Source: Zancudomyces culisetae HAW-14-8 (lineage: Eukaryota; Fungi; Kickxellomycota). From it: DNA of 64,000 nt. The notes beneath the pieces were generated by a model. That model was not told where the DNA came from, ran no database searches, and saw only the letters and a list, made by a program, of their open reading frames with translations. Where the stretch lies: assembly GCA_052426225.1 (NCBI GenBank), contig JBNJNM010000021.1, positions 2,914,001-2,978,000 of the forward strand, in the 5' to 3' direction. Position 1 is the first letter of the stretch. Each line of letters begins with the position of its first letter. Shown one piece after another: positions 1 through 11,500 of this stretch. Both the position numbers and the translations under genes were made by a program.

Positions 1-1904
1 TACAAATTCTATGATACTGTCGGACGTGACCGGATGGAACACGTTCGTTCGTCGGGTTTCTCATGGTTACAAACTCTTGATTGATTATATCTTCCAAATC
101 ATGAAACGGGTCACGTGAGGAGGTCGGTTAAATCTCCATTGAAGACACTCCTGATCGGTCGCTATCTGATGAATAGCGACCATCGTCTCGGAACTGCTGG
201 ATGATGGCTGTCCTGAGTTGTTCATGAGACCTGACATTTAGATTTTAATAATTTTAATTTAATACTTTAAAAATATCTTTAGCCTTAGCACTATTATTTA
301 TTCAATATAATCTGTTTAAAACAAAGTCCTTTTGTTTAAATTTTCTTTATTTCCTATTCTTGTTGTATACTTTAAAACTACTAAAAGAGCTGAAGAGACT
401 TCTAATGAGATCTCTTTGGCTTTTATATATGTTAAACGCTATGTTTAAAACTATTTAATTCTTATCCTATTAATATTTATTATTCCGTTATCGCCTCATA
501 ATAGGCTTTGTTGTCGTTCTCATATTTTGACTAATTTCCATAGTGGATTTAATACTCTTTAATTTAATTAAATATACTAATAATAATAAATTCATTTTAT
601 GTCCTTAATTCATTTTGTAGTTTTTCTCTTGGATTTTGATCTGAATATTTCTGACATTTTGTGATCGGAATATACTTCATAGATTTGATAGATAATATAT
701 AAATAAAATGAACTCCATTATCTGACATTTTTAACATTTCATTTGAATTTTTATAGATTCCCAAGCAATTGGACTAATTATCTCTTATACCCAGAACACA
801 CGACAATAGGGAAATAACTATACATGTATAAAAACATAACCTTTTAGATAGAAAACCGAATGAATAAGTGAAGAGGACTTCAACTGCAAATATAAAGGCG
901 ACGAGAACGATAAAAATAATATAAGGCCTAGTAAAAAATTAAAGAGAAAGAATAACTAATGAGTTTATATTATAAATTTATTTTAGATTTATAATAGAAC
1001 GTATACTCCTTTATCAAGGAAGCAGTTAAACTAAAACAATATTCTGATACCAATAAGTGGAAGCTAGATAAATTAGTTATAATGATATAATTAGTAAATT
1101 CGATAGAGACGATATACAAATAAATCTAAACTGTAATTAAAACAATAAGTACAGCCTTCTTTACGGAATAATAAAATATATGTATATTTAACTACTGTTA
1201 ATTATAAATAAGTTGATAACACATTTAATGAAGTTAAATTTAGACTTAAAAGTAATAATCTGCTTGATATCTAATCAATGGTGTGAGATTAATACAGATG
1301 AAGAGGAATACAAACTAATCACCATAATTTCAAAAAATATATATCATAATTAAATATCTATAATTAATCTAGTAATTTAATTCTGTTCAAAAATAGAATT
1401 TGAAATAATAATAATAAAAAACACTTTAACAACATTATATAAATATTAAAATTTTATAAAATAACTAAAAAAAGTAAAAAAGTAGATGTTATTAAAGATC
1501 TCAACATTTTAAGCTTATCTGATTATATGTTTGGTATAACTCTGAAAATGAAAATATACTAAAGTCTCAAATCAGAAAGCTAGTTCAGATTGTCGTTAAT
1601 GAATGTGTAACTAATATACTAATGAAATAATAATAAAATACAAAAAGTAAACTAAAAAATAAACAAGTACAGATGATATTCATAATTAAAAAAAACTATA
1701 TAAAAGAATAATCTGATAATAAAGAAAATGTAATTCTTTTTATTAGCCACTATCGTATTTTCCAAACGATTAGATGTTGAACGACTTATAAATGTAAATA
1801 TATTTGATATAGATTGTCCTAAAGAGGTTATAGATTAAAATCAAATAAATTAGCAAGATATAGTTATGTTAAAATTAATAATTAAATCATAAAATAACAA
1901 AAAG

Positions 1905-1978
1905 TGATTTCTGCCGGACTCGAACCGGCGACCGTCTGTGTGTTAGACAGACGTGATAACCATCTACACCAAGAAATC
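1905..1978 (-). tRNA. tRNA-Val(AAC)
   Basis: Reverse complement GATTTCTTGGTGTAGATGGTTATCACGTCTGTCTAACACACAGACGGTCGCCGGTTCGAGTCCGGCAGAAATCA folds as a cloverleaf: acceptor GATTTCT/AGAAATC, anticodon stem TCTGT/ACAGA around CT-AAC-AC, T-loop GGTTCGAGTCC. A T5 Pol III terminator follows (AAAAA at 1899-1903). Confidence 0.97.
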
Positions 1979-1985
1979 ACTGTTG

Positions 1986-2360
1986 TGTCGTGAATTTTAA
2001 TCACCGCAATTTATAATTTTTTCCCACTGGGTTTTTAATAAATTGCTAAGATGGTTAGATTAAATTCACGTTACATTCCCGTAAATCCGCATGACAAAGC
2101 ATTTCAGATGGATCGACAGTTGAGAAAATCATCCCCAACACGTTTATAAATTTTAATGTCTGGATTTACAATTTTAGCTTATGTTTCATTTACTTGTTTC
2201 AGATTATTATTATTTCACATGTTATCATAAAATTTATATGATTAAAGTATTTTATTAGGATTATAATTTTTACAGAATTTATATATAAGGTTTAGTATTT
2301 CTAAAATAAAACAACATCAGTTCTCAAATACAGTTTTACTTATACTATATTTATACGACA
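1986..2360 (+). mobile_element. Solo LTR A (375 bp), 8 nt upstream of tRNA-Val
   Basis: TGTCGT...ACGACA termini; 4-bp TSD GTTG at 1982-1985 and 2361-2364. The 5' part is similar to the reverse complement of the end of LTR O (28614). Strand inferred from the U-rich stem-loop at 2006-2046. Confidence 0.88.
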
Positions 2361-2364
2361 GTTG

Positions 2365-2824
2365 TGTTAGCGAAACACAGGTTTACTTCCCTATATTGAA
2401 TATTATATATTTATTTTGATAGAAATACTATACTAAGTACTATGTTTAAAATTGTTTTCACTATAGTAACTATGCTAAAACAAATAGACCAAATTTAAAT
2501 AAACTATATTTATTTGATGATGTAATACTAAGTGAATATCTAGCCATATTTATACATTTTAAAAATGACTATTACAATATTCTGAAATAATTTTATACTA
2601 ATTAAATAAAAATCCTATAAAATATATTTAAATTGAACTAGAGTGTTGCTGTAGAAAAAATCCAGAAGGATAAAAAAACTAGGCAGCACATAATATATAA
2701 ATAACCTATAATAAATAATATCTTATATTAAATGATAAACCTAAATATTAATATAAAAGTATATGAATAACTGGTAAGTTAAAATTATATAATGACTAGA
2801 GGTAGCTCTAGCCACTATATAACA
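2365..2824 (-). mobile_element. Solo LTR B (460 bp)
   Basis: TGTTAG...ATAACA termini; GTTG on both sides; reverse-complement homologue of LTR M (26969-27425). Confidence 0.9.
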
Positions 2825-2828
2825 GTTG

Positions 2829-3977
2829 TGTCGTGTAGTGAAAATGCTTAACGTCCTACTTGGTAACTTTCGCTACCAAGTACTACACGGGACGGGTCAA
2901 TTTCAATAATATATAAATTTATTATACTATTATTTATCTGTGGAAAAGGACAATTTATTAACTAATTCACAATAAACATATTTATACTATTTCTATAAAA
3001 TACATCTATTAAACTAACCAATAAAATTGGGACAACTCTTCAGTATAGTTTACTATACGACAGAATCCCCCCCTTAAGCTTAGATCGTCCCGATCAAGCT
3101 TATCTATAGTCACCCTAATACCTAAAAAATGATATTTTATAGAATACTACAAAATACTTATAAAACTAACACTAGACTGGCTATCTGCTGATACTTCTTG
3201 AACACTAATCTGTGCTCATCTCAACTCTGAATCTTAAATCTGAATCTCATAATCTTGAATCTCATTGCCTAAATCTCAAAATCTAAATTTCCTAATTTAC
3301 CTCTAGGACACCTGTATTGGCTGTACTCTGGCCTTTCCTAACTCGGAGTCCAATCGTAGCTACTTCCTAAGGTCCCTAGCTATTCTTCTATGCTTCACGC
3401 TGCAGATTCCTACTGCACTGACGTCCCTCACATATTCCTAATTTAGCGTCACCCGAAGTCCACGAGCTTCCGTTATCCATTCTGGCACTTCCTGACAGCT
3501 TCAATAACCCTTTAGTCCAACTCTGAGGTATTCCTATACCTAATCTCCAAGATTGCAATTTACTCATTTCGAGATTTCGAAATCTCATCTCGAGCCAATC
3601 AGATTCCTGGCTCGGCCCAAAAAGACCCTGCTCAACGGAGTGAGTCCTGGCTGGATCACCACTGTTAAGTTTTGAACTTATTTGTTTACTTTGTCTTATT
3701 ATTTGATATAATTCTATACTATAATATTTTATTACTATAAACTGTAATACTATATTCTTATTTTTTGAGTTCAAAGTTACTTTATTTGTGTTTTTCGGCA
3801 ATGCCTTTTATCTCAGCTCATTTCGATAATAATAATATTATAATAAATTGACTAAGTTATAAATGATGGACAAAAACCACGAGGGGAAAAAGGTCCAATC
3901 TAATAATACTGCTAATCCTATAAAACCAATAATTAAAAACTATGTAAAATTTGTTCACGTCATATGATTATATGACA
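2829..3977 (-). mobile_element. Short non-autonomous LTR element (TRIM-like) with non-matching LTRs: LTR D 3663-3977, 600 bp non-coding interior, LTR C 2829-3062
   Basis: On - strand: PBS TGGTGATCCAGCCAGGACTC (3642-3661) 1 nt after LTR D; PPT TTAAGGGGGGGATTC directly before LTR C; GTTG flanks both ends; no retroelement protein motifs inside. Confidence 0.8.
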
Positions 3978-4382
3978 GTTGTTGTTATATTTTTATTTTA
4001 ACTTAAACTTTTATTAACTTAAAATATACTTGAACTTTATCCTATTCTCTTACTATACCAAATATCCGTTAATATTGTTATTATTAACTATTGAATATTA
4101 GTATACTGAATAAAAGAACTTATTACTACTATTTATTTGGATTAAAGATGTGTTTTATTTAGTGCTATTTCCCTGCACTTATATACTTTTACTGCTAACT
4201 TAAAAAATACTATTAAAACTATACAAAGATACATAAACTTTACTACTGAAAGTTAAAGCATAAATTTGTATATACTGTTTAAAACTTGTAATAAAAATCA
4301 TAATACTAATTAAAAACATATGATTACTAAACTAAACTGTTTCAAGGTATGTCTTGGTTTACTATATGACAGTACCTCCCTC

Positions 4383-6829
4383 CTATGGTAGAATGCCCTC
4401 ATTCGTACCTATCTGTCTGAATCTTTTTAACTTTGACTTTAGCGTTGTGGTCACTTCTGGTATCATAAAATCCTTTTGATGATATTTTTTCAAGATGTCA
4501 CCATTAATTAAATCTCTGTTGCCTTTATCATCTCTTATTATGTAACAGCCTTTACTTAGTACTCTTTCAATCACATAAGGACCTTCCCATAATCTTTCGA
4601 GTTTCGCTTTTTCGTATTCGACCAGTTTTAATACTAAATCGCCTATTTTGAAATTATACATTTTAACCTTTTTATTATACCTAATTTCATTGTTTTTCTT
4701 TGCCAAAACTGATTTTGTTGTTCCCAGTTCTCTTAACTGTGGTAAATCGTCTTTAATGTTTTGTATCCTATTTTTTATTTCTTCTTCGATATTTGATATT
4801 TCACCGTTATAATTCCATAATGATGGTAAATCCAATTGTACTCCGTATAACATTTCTGCTGGACTTAAACCTGTTGATTTATTTTTCATCGTTCTTATGA
4901 CTAAAAGTGTTTTCCATAAATAACTGTCCCAATTTTTCTTGTCTTGTTTACATTGCTTTTGTAAAATGTTGACTAAAGTTTTATTGAACCTTTCTACTTG
5001 GCCGTTACTCTGAGGCCTGTAAGGTGAAGTCGGAGAATGATTTATGCCCAACCATTCATACACCTTTGTCGTACTTTCGCTTATAAAACTTGGTCCCCTA
5101 TCTGAAATAATTTTTTGCGGTATTCCATAATATTGTACTATATGGTTAATTATAAACGAAATAATAGTTTCACTTAATAAATTCTCAACTGGAATGGCAA
5201 TTGGCCATTTCGTACAATAATCGATTGCTGTGAGAATATATCTGTTTCCTGAATTTGTGATATGATTAAATGGGCCTACAGCATCAATCCCTATAATTTC
5301 AAACGGTTTAGTTACTTTGATTGGGATCAATGGATGTTTAAAAGTTCTTCCATCCTTGTATAGTTGACACAAATGACAACTTTGTACCATATCATATACA
5401 TTTTTGTATAAGTTATTCCCGCAATATTTTTCACTGATTCTTTTCCATGTGTTTTCGATCCCTTCGTGTGTTTCATTGTGTATGCTGTTGATGACTTCAG
5501 AATAATTATTTTCATGTAGTACTTCTTTAATTTTGTTTTTTATAACTTTACACAATTTTCCATCTACAAGTTGATATTTACTTGAATTTTTAACTATATT
5601 GTTTTTATAATTTTCATCACAATTGCTTGGAAATGATAAGTCTGCTAAATACTGTTTTAAGCATTCGTGTTCGGTAAAATCCATTGCATAAACGTCGATT
5701 TCATCTTTATCGGTTTCGTATTCTTCGTTTGTTAATCTCGATAAGCTGTCTGCTGGATTATTTTTACCTGGGATATGTTCGATATCAAACTCAAAGTTCC
5801 TTAAAATCATTGCCCACCTGGCAATCCTACCTGTCAATTCTGTACCGTTAAATATCTGTAATAATGCTTTATGATCAGTACGTATAACAAATTTTCTACC
5901 CCATAAATAATACTTAAATTTTTTTATCGCCCAAACTACCGCTAATGCCTCGAGATGACTTATTGAATAGTTTTTCTCGGCTTTATTTGTAGTCCTGCTG
6001 GCGTATTCAATTACTCTTCCTTGTTGTTGCGATAGCACTGCTCCTAACCCATTTATCGACGCATCTGTGGTTATTATAAATTGTTCTTCCCAATCTGGAT
6101 GGTCTAGAATTGGTGCTTCAGTAAGTGAGTCTTTTAGTTTTTCCAATGCTTGGTCTTGTTCGTGTTCCCACTTCCACGGCTCGCTTTTCTTAAGTAGTTT
6201 TGTAATTGGTTGTGCAACTTTTGCATAATTCTGTATATACTTTCTGTAGTATCCAGATAATCCTAAAAGTGATTGAACCTCTTTTATATTTGTCGGTTTC
6301 TTGATATTTTGTATCGCTTCGACTTTATTTTTGCTAGTACCTATCCCTTTCCCGGATATTACATGCCCTAAATATTCGATACACTTTTGTCCCATTAAAC
6401 ATTTTTCCCTATTTAACTGTATACCATTTGTTTTTAATAAATCAAATACCAACTTAACATCCTCAACATGGTCTTTTTCATTTTTAGAATATATAATTAT
6501 ATCATCTATAGAGACAACTGCCTTTTTCCATAAAACAGGCTTTAAAGCTAACTCCATAGATCTTTGGAATGTTGAAGGACTGTTAGTCAGTCCGAACGGC
6601 ATGACATTGTATTTATAACTACCTCCCCCCGGTATGGCGAATGTGGTTTTATCCTTATCCTTTTCAGACATTTTAATCTGCCAAAATCCATTGATAGCGT
6701 CTAGCGTACTGAAAATTGTTGCACCTGCTAGAGCCATAAATAAGTCTTGAATAACCGGTAACGGGTAGGAGTCCTTTTTTGTAACCTTATTTAATTGACG
6801 GTAATCAGCACATATTCTTAAACTACCGT
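4383..6829 (-). pseudogene. Element E gag-pol, 3' part (RT, RNase H, integrase)
   Basis: Removing T and one TSD restores KKNG-SLRICADYRQLN in frame; MPFGL, SIDD (FIDD in relatives), TDAS, HHCC, D-D-E and WEGPY motifs; colinear with 30714-35093. Confidence 0.92.
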
Positions 6830-6842
6830 TGTCATGAACTGA

Positions 6843-6928
6843 TTCTAGAATGTTCGAAAACGTTCTAGAATCATCTGATTTTATTCCGCAGTAATGTTTA
6901 GAATGTTGGGAAACATTCTAGAACATTA
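6843..6928 (+). promoter_or_regulatory. Heat-shock-element-like array in U3 of element T (copy at 12143-12228)
   Basis: TTC-ta-GAA-tg-TTC-ga-AAA-cg-TTC-ta-GAA: six alternating nGAAn units in register with one mismatch, plus a degenerate second copy; TATAAAA at 7127. Confidence 0.65.
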
Positions 6929-7300
6929 CCGAAAATTCACATTATTTCTCAATTTTTCTTACGTAATAATTTTCACATGTTTAATTTTATTAGCATTCGA
7001 GTTTGATTTTTGTTTGATTACTAATCCAATTTGATTAGTAATCAAACACGTTTTTCTTTAGCTTGCATATTTAGCTATTCCGCAGTTTTCTAGTGATTTT
7101 GTTCAAAAACCAAGGCTGGAAAAAAGTATAAAAAGGGTACAATTTTCCTGTCTTGGATTCAGTATCTAGTATCTTGTATACATTCATACAATAAACATTA
7201 ATAATAATAAATATAACACTCCAGACTCCAGATCTTGACACTATACTAGATCAAAATATTATATTTATTATTTTCTGAAACCAGCCTAAGTATTTAAACC

Positions 7301-8521
7301 ATGGAACCGTTTAGCCCAGAACAAGTTGAATTCCTCAACAAAGCCGCCGTGACCCTGCCAGCAGTTGAAGAAGCCCTCCAGCAACTACTAATAAGAGTAG
7401 AAAAAGCCGAGTCTGCCATCAAGGAACACCCTGCCACAGTATCCAAGAAAATTTATGACAAGGTCAAAGCAGACACCACCAAGTCCATCCAGACCATTCT
7501 TGACTCCATGAACAACCTCCAGTCCGATATCCAGAATTCAGACCAGCTAACCCAAAGCGCCATACAGGCCAACCAGTCGGAAATCCAATCCCTTCAGGAC
7601 CAGCTCAGTACCCTCAGGGACGAAGTCATACTTTATATAACTGAAAACCGTGCCACCAAAGTTGCTAGTACTTCTGAACCTAGTATCAAAGTCAGACACC
7701 CAGACACATTTTCAGGAAAACCCTCCGCCTGTTCCAACTTCTTTTCACAGCTTGCTCTCGTCTTTGCCGCTTCACCCGACAAATTCAACACTGACTCAAG
7801 TAAAGTCTTGTATGCCATCTCCTACCTCTCAGGAACACCATTCAATTACATGGAACCTTACCTCATGAAAGCAAACCTTCCAGAGTCTGACCGTCCTGCC
7901 ATTCTCTCCAACTACAATCTGTTTAAAGAAACTATCACTCGTGCCTTTGGTGATCCCAACCCTATTGAGAATGCTGACAGGGCAATCCGCCAACTCAGAC
8001 AAACCACTTCCGTTGCCGCATATGCCACCGAGTTTAGACGCCTACAGATGTTAATTGACTGGAACCAACCACCTTTGATCTCACAGTTTCTATCCGGTCT
8101 CAAGTACAACGTATCCCAGGAACTCAGCCGTAGAGAACCAATAGAAGACATCGATACCCTGATCTCTACAGCCATCCAGATCGACAACCGCCTCTTCAGC
8201 CATCCACAACGTCGTCAACCTCCAGTTAACCCCACTGCAACTATGCCACCCAAACCCACTGCTTACAACCCGTTTGCTTCACCTGTTTCTGCACCATCTA
8301 CCACTCCACCAGCTAATAGTGATGGACCTCAACCAATGGATCTCAGTACCGCTTCATCGACTAGAAGACCACCACTTACTCCTGCTCAAAGAGCATACCG
8401 TATCGAAAACAACCTCTGTCTCTATTGTGGCGGTAATGACCATTTCAACATCAACTGTCCAAAGAAACGCCACAACATCTCCAGCATTACACCAACACAG
8501 GAAAACGACACCGCCCAGTAG
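7301..8521 (+). CDS. gag: Element T Gag
   Basis: PDTFSG capsid motif, LRQTTSVAAYATEF major-homology-like motif, DGPQPMDL, CLYCGGNDHFNINC zinc knuckle. Confidence 0.93.
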   Translation: MEPFSPEQVEFLNKAAVTLPAVEEALQQLLIRVEKAESAIKEHPATVSKKIYDKVKADTTKSIQTILDSMNNLQSDIQNSDQLTQSAIQANQSEIQSLQDQLSTLRDEVILYITENRATKVASTSEPSIKVRHPDTFSGKPSACSNFFSQLALVFAASPDKFNTDSSKVLYAISYLSGTPFNYMEPYLMKANLPESDRPAILSNYNLFKETITRAFGDPNPIENADRAIRQLRQTTSVAAYATEFRRLQMLIDWNQPPLISQFLSGLKYNVSQELSRREPIEDIDTLISTAIQIDNRLFSHPQRRQPPVNPTATMPPKPTAYNPFASPVSAPSTTPPANSDGPQPMDLSTASSTRRPPLTPAQRAYRIENNLCLYCGGNDHFNINCPKKRHNISSITPTQENDTAQ

Positions 8522-8559
8522 ACAGTAAGGGACACCTATTGGGCAACTTAGCCAGTCCC
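8500..8559 (+). other. Predicted -1 ribosomal frameshift signal (slippery site plus H-type pseudoknot)
   Basis: G GAA AAC (8500-8506), 6-nt spacer, stem 1 GCCCAGTAG/CTATTGGGC (8513-8521/8536-8544), stem 2 GGGAC/GTCCC (8529-8533/8555-8559). Confidence 0.75.
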
Positions 8560-11500
8560 CACGCCACTGTAACCACTCCTGTTTCTGACACCCAATCTCC
8601 TGATAAACCAAACACCTTGACCATTCCTGTAACCATCTTGTTCAAGCACCACCACATCAAAACCTACGCTATGGTTGACTCTGGTGCTTCGTCCTCGTTC
8701 ATTGACGCCACCTTTGCTCTAAAAAACAATCTACCATCTATATCTAGAAAAATGACAATCACTCTCGCTGACGGATCAAAGCTTAGATCCAACTCTGCCT
8801 CCCAAGTAACACTAAAAATCAACGATAACCATCTCGAAAGTATCTATCTGCAACAACTAGATCTTGGATCTTCACCGATCATCCTTGGTCTTTCCTGGCT
8901 TCAACAACACAATCCTGACATCAACTGGACTGAGAACATAGTCCATCTGCCGTGTACCTTGACTTCTTGTGGGCCCAACCATGTCAACCTAGACATCTCT
9001 CTTGTGGGCTCAAACCAGTTTAAAGAACATCTGAAGGCACCAGACACTGTCTATGCTGGTGCAATTACCGTGAACAATCTTGAATCCCTTGTAGCTCCTG
9101 AATCTTGTGAAAATCTCTGTTTTGTCTCTGAATCTAATCCTGAAACCCCTGATACTCCTGTAATCCCTGAAAAGTATAAAATGTTTGAATCTGTCTTCTC
9201 TGAATCCCAATCTGCCAAACTGCCTGAACATCGTCCATATGATCATACCATTCCTTTGCTTCCTGACTCAAAGATACCATATGGCCCATTGTACAACCTC
9301 TCCCAATTGGAACTAAAGACCCTGTACGACTATATTCAGGAAAACCTAGCCAATGGTTTTATCCAACGCTCTGAATCCCCGGCTGGGGCTCCCGTCCTAT
9401 TTGTAAAAAAGAAAGATGGTAGTCTCCGGTTGTGCGTCGACTATAGAGCCCTGAATAAGATCACTGTCCCCAACCGTGCAGCCTTGCCACTCATCTCTGA
9501 AACCTTGGATCGGCTTGGCAAAGCCAAGATATTCACCAAGCTGGATATGAAATCCGCATACCACATGATCAGGATCTCGCCTGGTGAAGAATGGAAGACC
9601 GCGTTTCGTACACGCTACGGCCACTTCGAGTATAAGGTCATGCCGTTTGGCCTTATGAATGCTCCAGCCACGTTCCAGTCCTTTGTTAACGATCTCTTCC
9701 GTGAATACATTGATCAATTCCTTGTTGTGTACATCGATGATCTGTTAATCTACTCAGATGATATCGATAAGCACTATGACCACGTCTGCCTTGTCTTGAA
9801 GAAGCTTCAGGAACACAATCTCACCCTCAAGCTAGAGAAATGTGAGTTTGATGTACAATCAGTACAGTTCCTCGGTTTTGTAATTGGCCCCAACGGAATC
9901 TCTATGGATCCATCTAAAGTATCCAGCGTTACCGAATGGAAGACACCAACTTGTGTCCGTGACGTTCAGGTATTCCTTGGCCTTACAAACTTCTACCGCC
10001 GTTTTATTCTGAACTACTCCAAGATATCTCTGCCACTCACCGCCTTGTTGAAAAAAGGTGTCCAATTCCAGTGGACACTCAAAGCTGAAGAAGCTTTCGC
10101 CTTGCTAAAAGAAACCATGATCAGTAACCCAGTCTTAGCTCACTACAATCCTGACCAGCCTTGTATCATCGAAACCGATGCATCAGATTTTGCATTAGGT
10201 GCCATTTGCAGCCAGTATGACAACGAGGGACAGCTCCACCCTGTTGCATACTACTCCCGGAAACTCCTGCCTGCTGAAGTGAATTACCAAGTCTATGATA
10301 AGGAACTGTTAGCAATTATCGACGCTTTTGCTCACTGGCGTCACTACCTTGAATTTTCTGTACACCCAACCGTTGTTATGACCGACCATAAAAACTTGGA
10401 ATACTTCTCCACTACCAGAAATCTTAGTCGCCGCCAAGTCAGATGGTCAGAATACCTCAGTAACTTCAACTTTGTCATCAAGTACCGCCCTGGAAAACAG
10501 AACACTGCCGCCGATGCTCTTTCTCGGAAAGACCAACCTTGGAAGGGGGGTGACTCCCGTACTGACCAAAACAAAATAACTTTGCTACCTCCTGAAATCT
10601 TCTTGAAGTCCATGACTAGTACACCTGTTGAACCTTTGTCCTCCACGCTCATGAACAACATCAAGTCACTACAACCCAAAGACACGTACTTTGGACCCAT
10701 TTACACTGACTTATCCAAGAAACCTGATTCCCATGAAAAGTACACTCTTGTTGACAATCTTCTGCACTATGATGGACTAATCTGTATCCCCTCGGACGAC
10801 AACATCAAAAGAACTATCCTGATTGAATGCCATGATTCCCCTGCTGCCGGCCACTTTGGAAATGCAAAGACATACGAACTTGTATCTCGCAACTTTTACT
10901 GGCCAACCATGAGAAAATATATCAAAGACTACATCTCTGGTTGCGATACCTGTCAACGCAACAAATCCTCTCGCCATAAACCATATGGCTACCTCGCTCC
11001 ACTTCCCGTTCCTGATTCACCTTGGTCATCTGTTTCTGTCGACTTCATCACTCAGCTACCTCCATCCAATAACTTTACTGCAATCTGTGTATTTGTGGAT
11101 CGCCTTACCAAGATGGCGCATTTTGTTCCCACAACCAATGAAATTGATGCTGAAGGTACTGCAGATCTATTTATCCAACATGTCTTCTGCAAACATGGGC
11201 TCCCTAAAGACATCGTATCTGATAGAGGTGTGACCTTCAATTCATCATTCATGCGTACTCTAATGAAATCACTGAATATTGAACAGAAAATGTCCACCGC
11301 ATTCCATCCTCAGACAGATGGACAAACTGAACGCGTAAACTCAGTATTGGAACAGTATCTCAGGTGCTACATTGATTACCAACAAACTGATTGGTCAAAG
11401 TGGTTACCAATTGCCGAATTCGCCTACAACAACACATCTCATGCTTCTATTAAGACCACACCTTTCTACGCCAACTATGGCTTCCATCCACGCTTCTCAG

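Noticed and set aside
157-181. Hairpin GGTCGCTAT-CTGATGA-ATAGCGACC with a hammerhead-like CTGATGA
   Set aside because: CTGATGA is a terminal loop; there is no stem II-GAAA or three-way junction.
1-805. GC-richer segment at 1-235 and a possible LTR at 361-805 (TGTTGT...ACGACA, repeated TCTGACATTT)
   Set aside because: No matching TSD, PBS or second copy in the window; may be a truncated element at the window edge but cannot be supported.
870-1860. A-rich stretch resembling a decayed gene
   Set aside because: No ORF or recognisable motif.
3388-3801. 137-aa ORF on the - strand
   Set aside because: Runs from LTR D across the PBS into the non-coding interior, non-ATG start, no domain.
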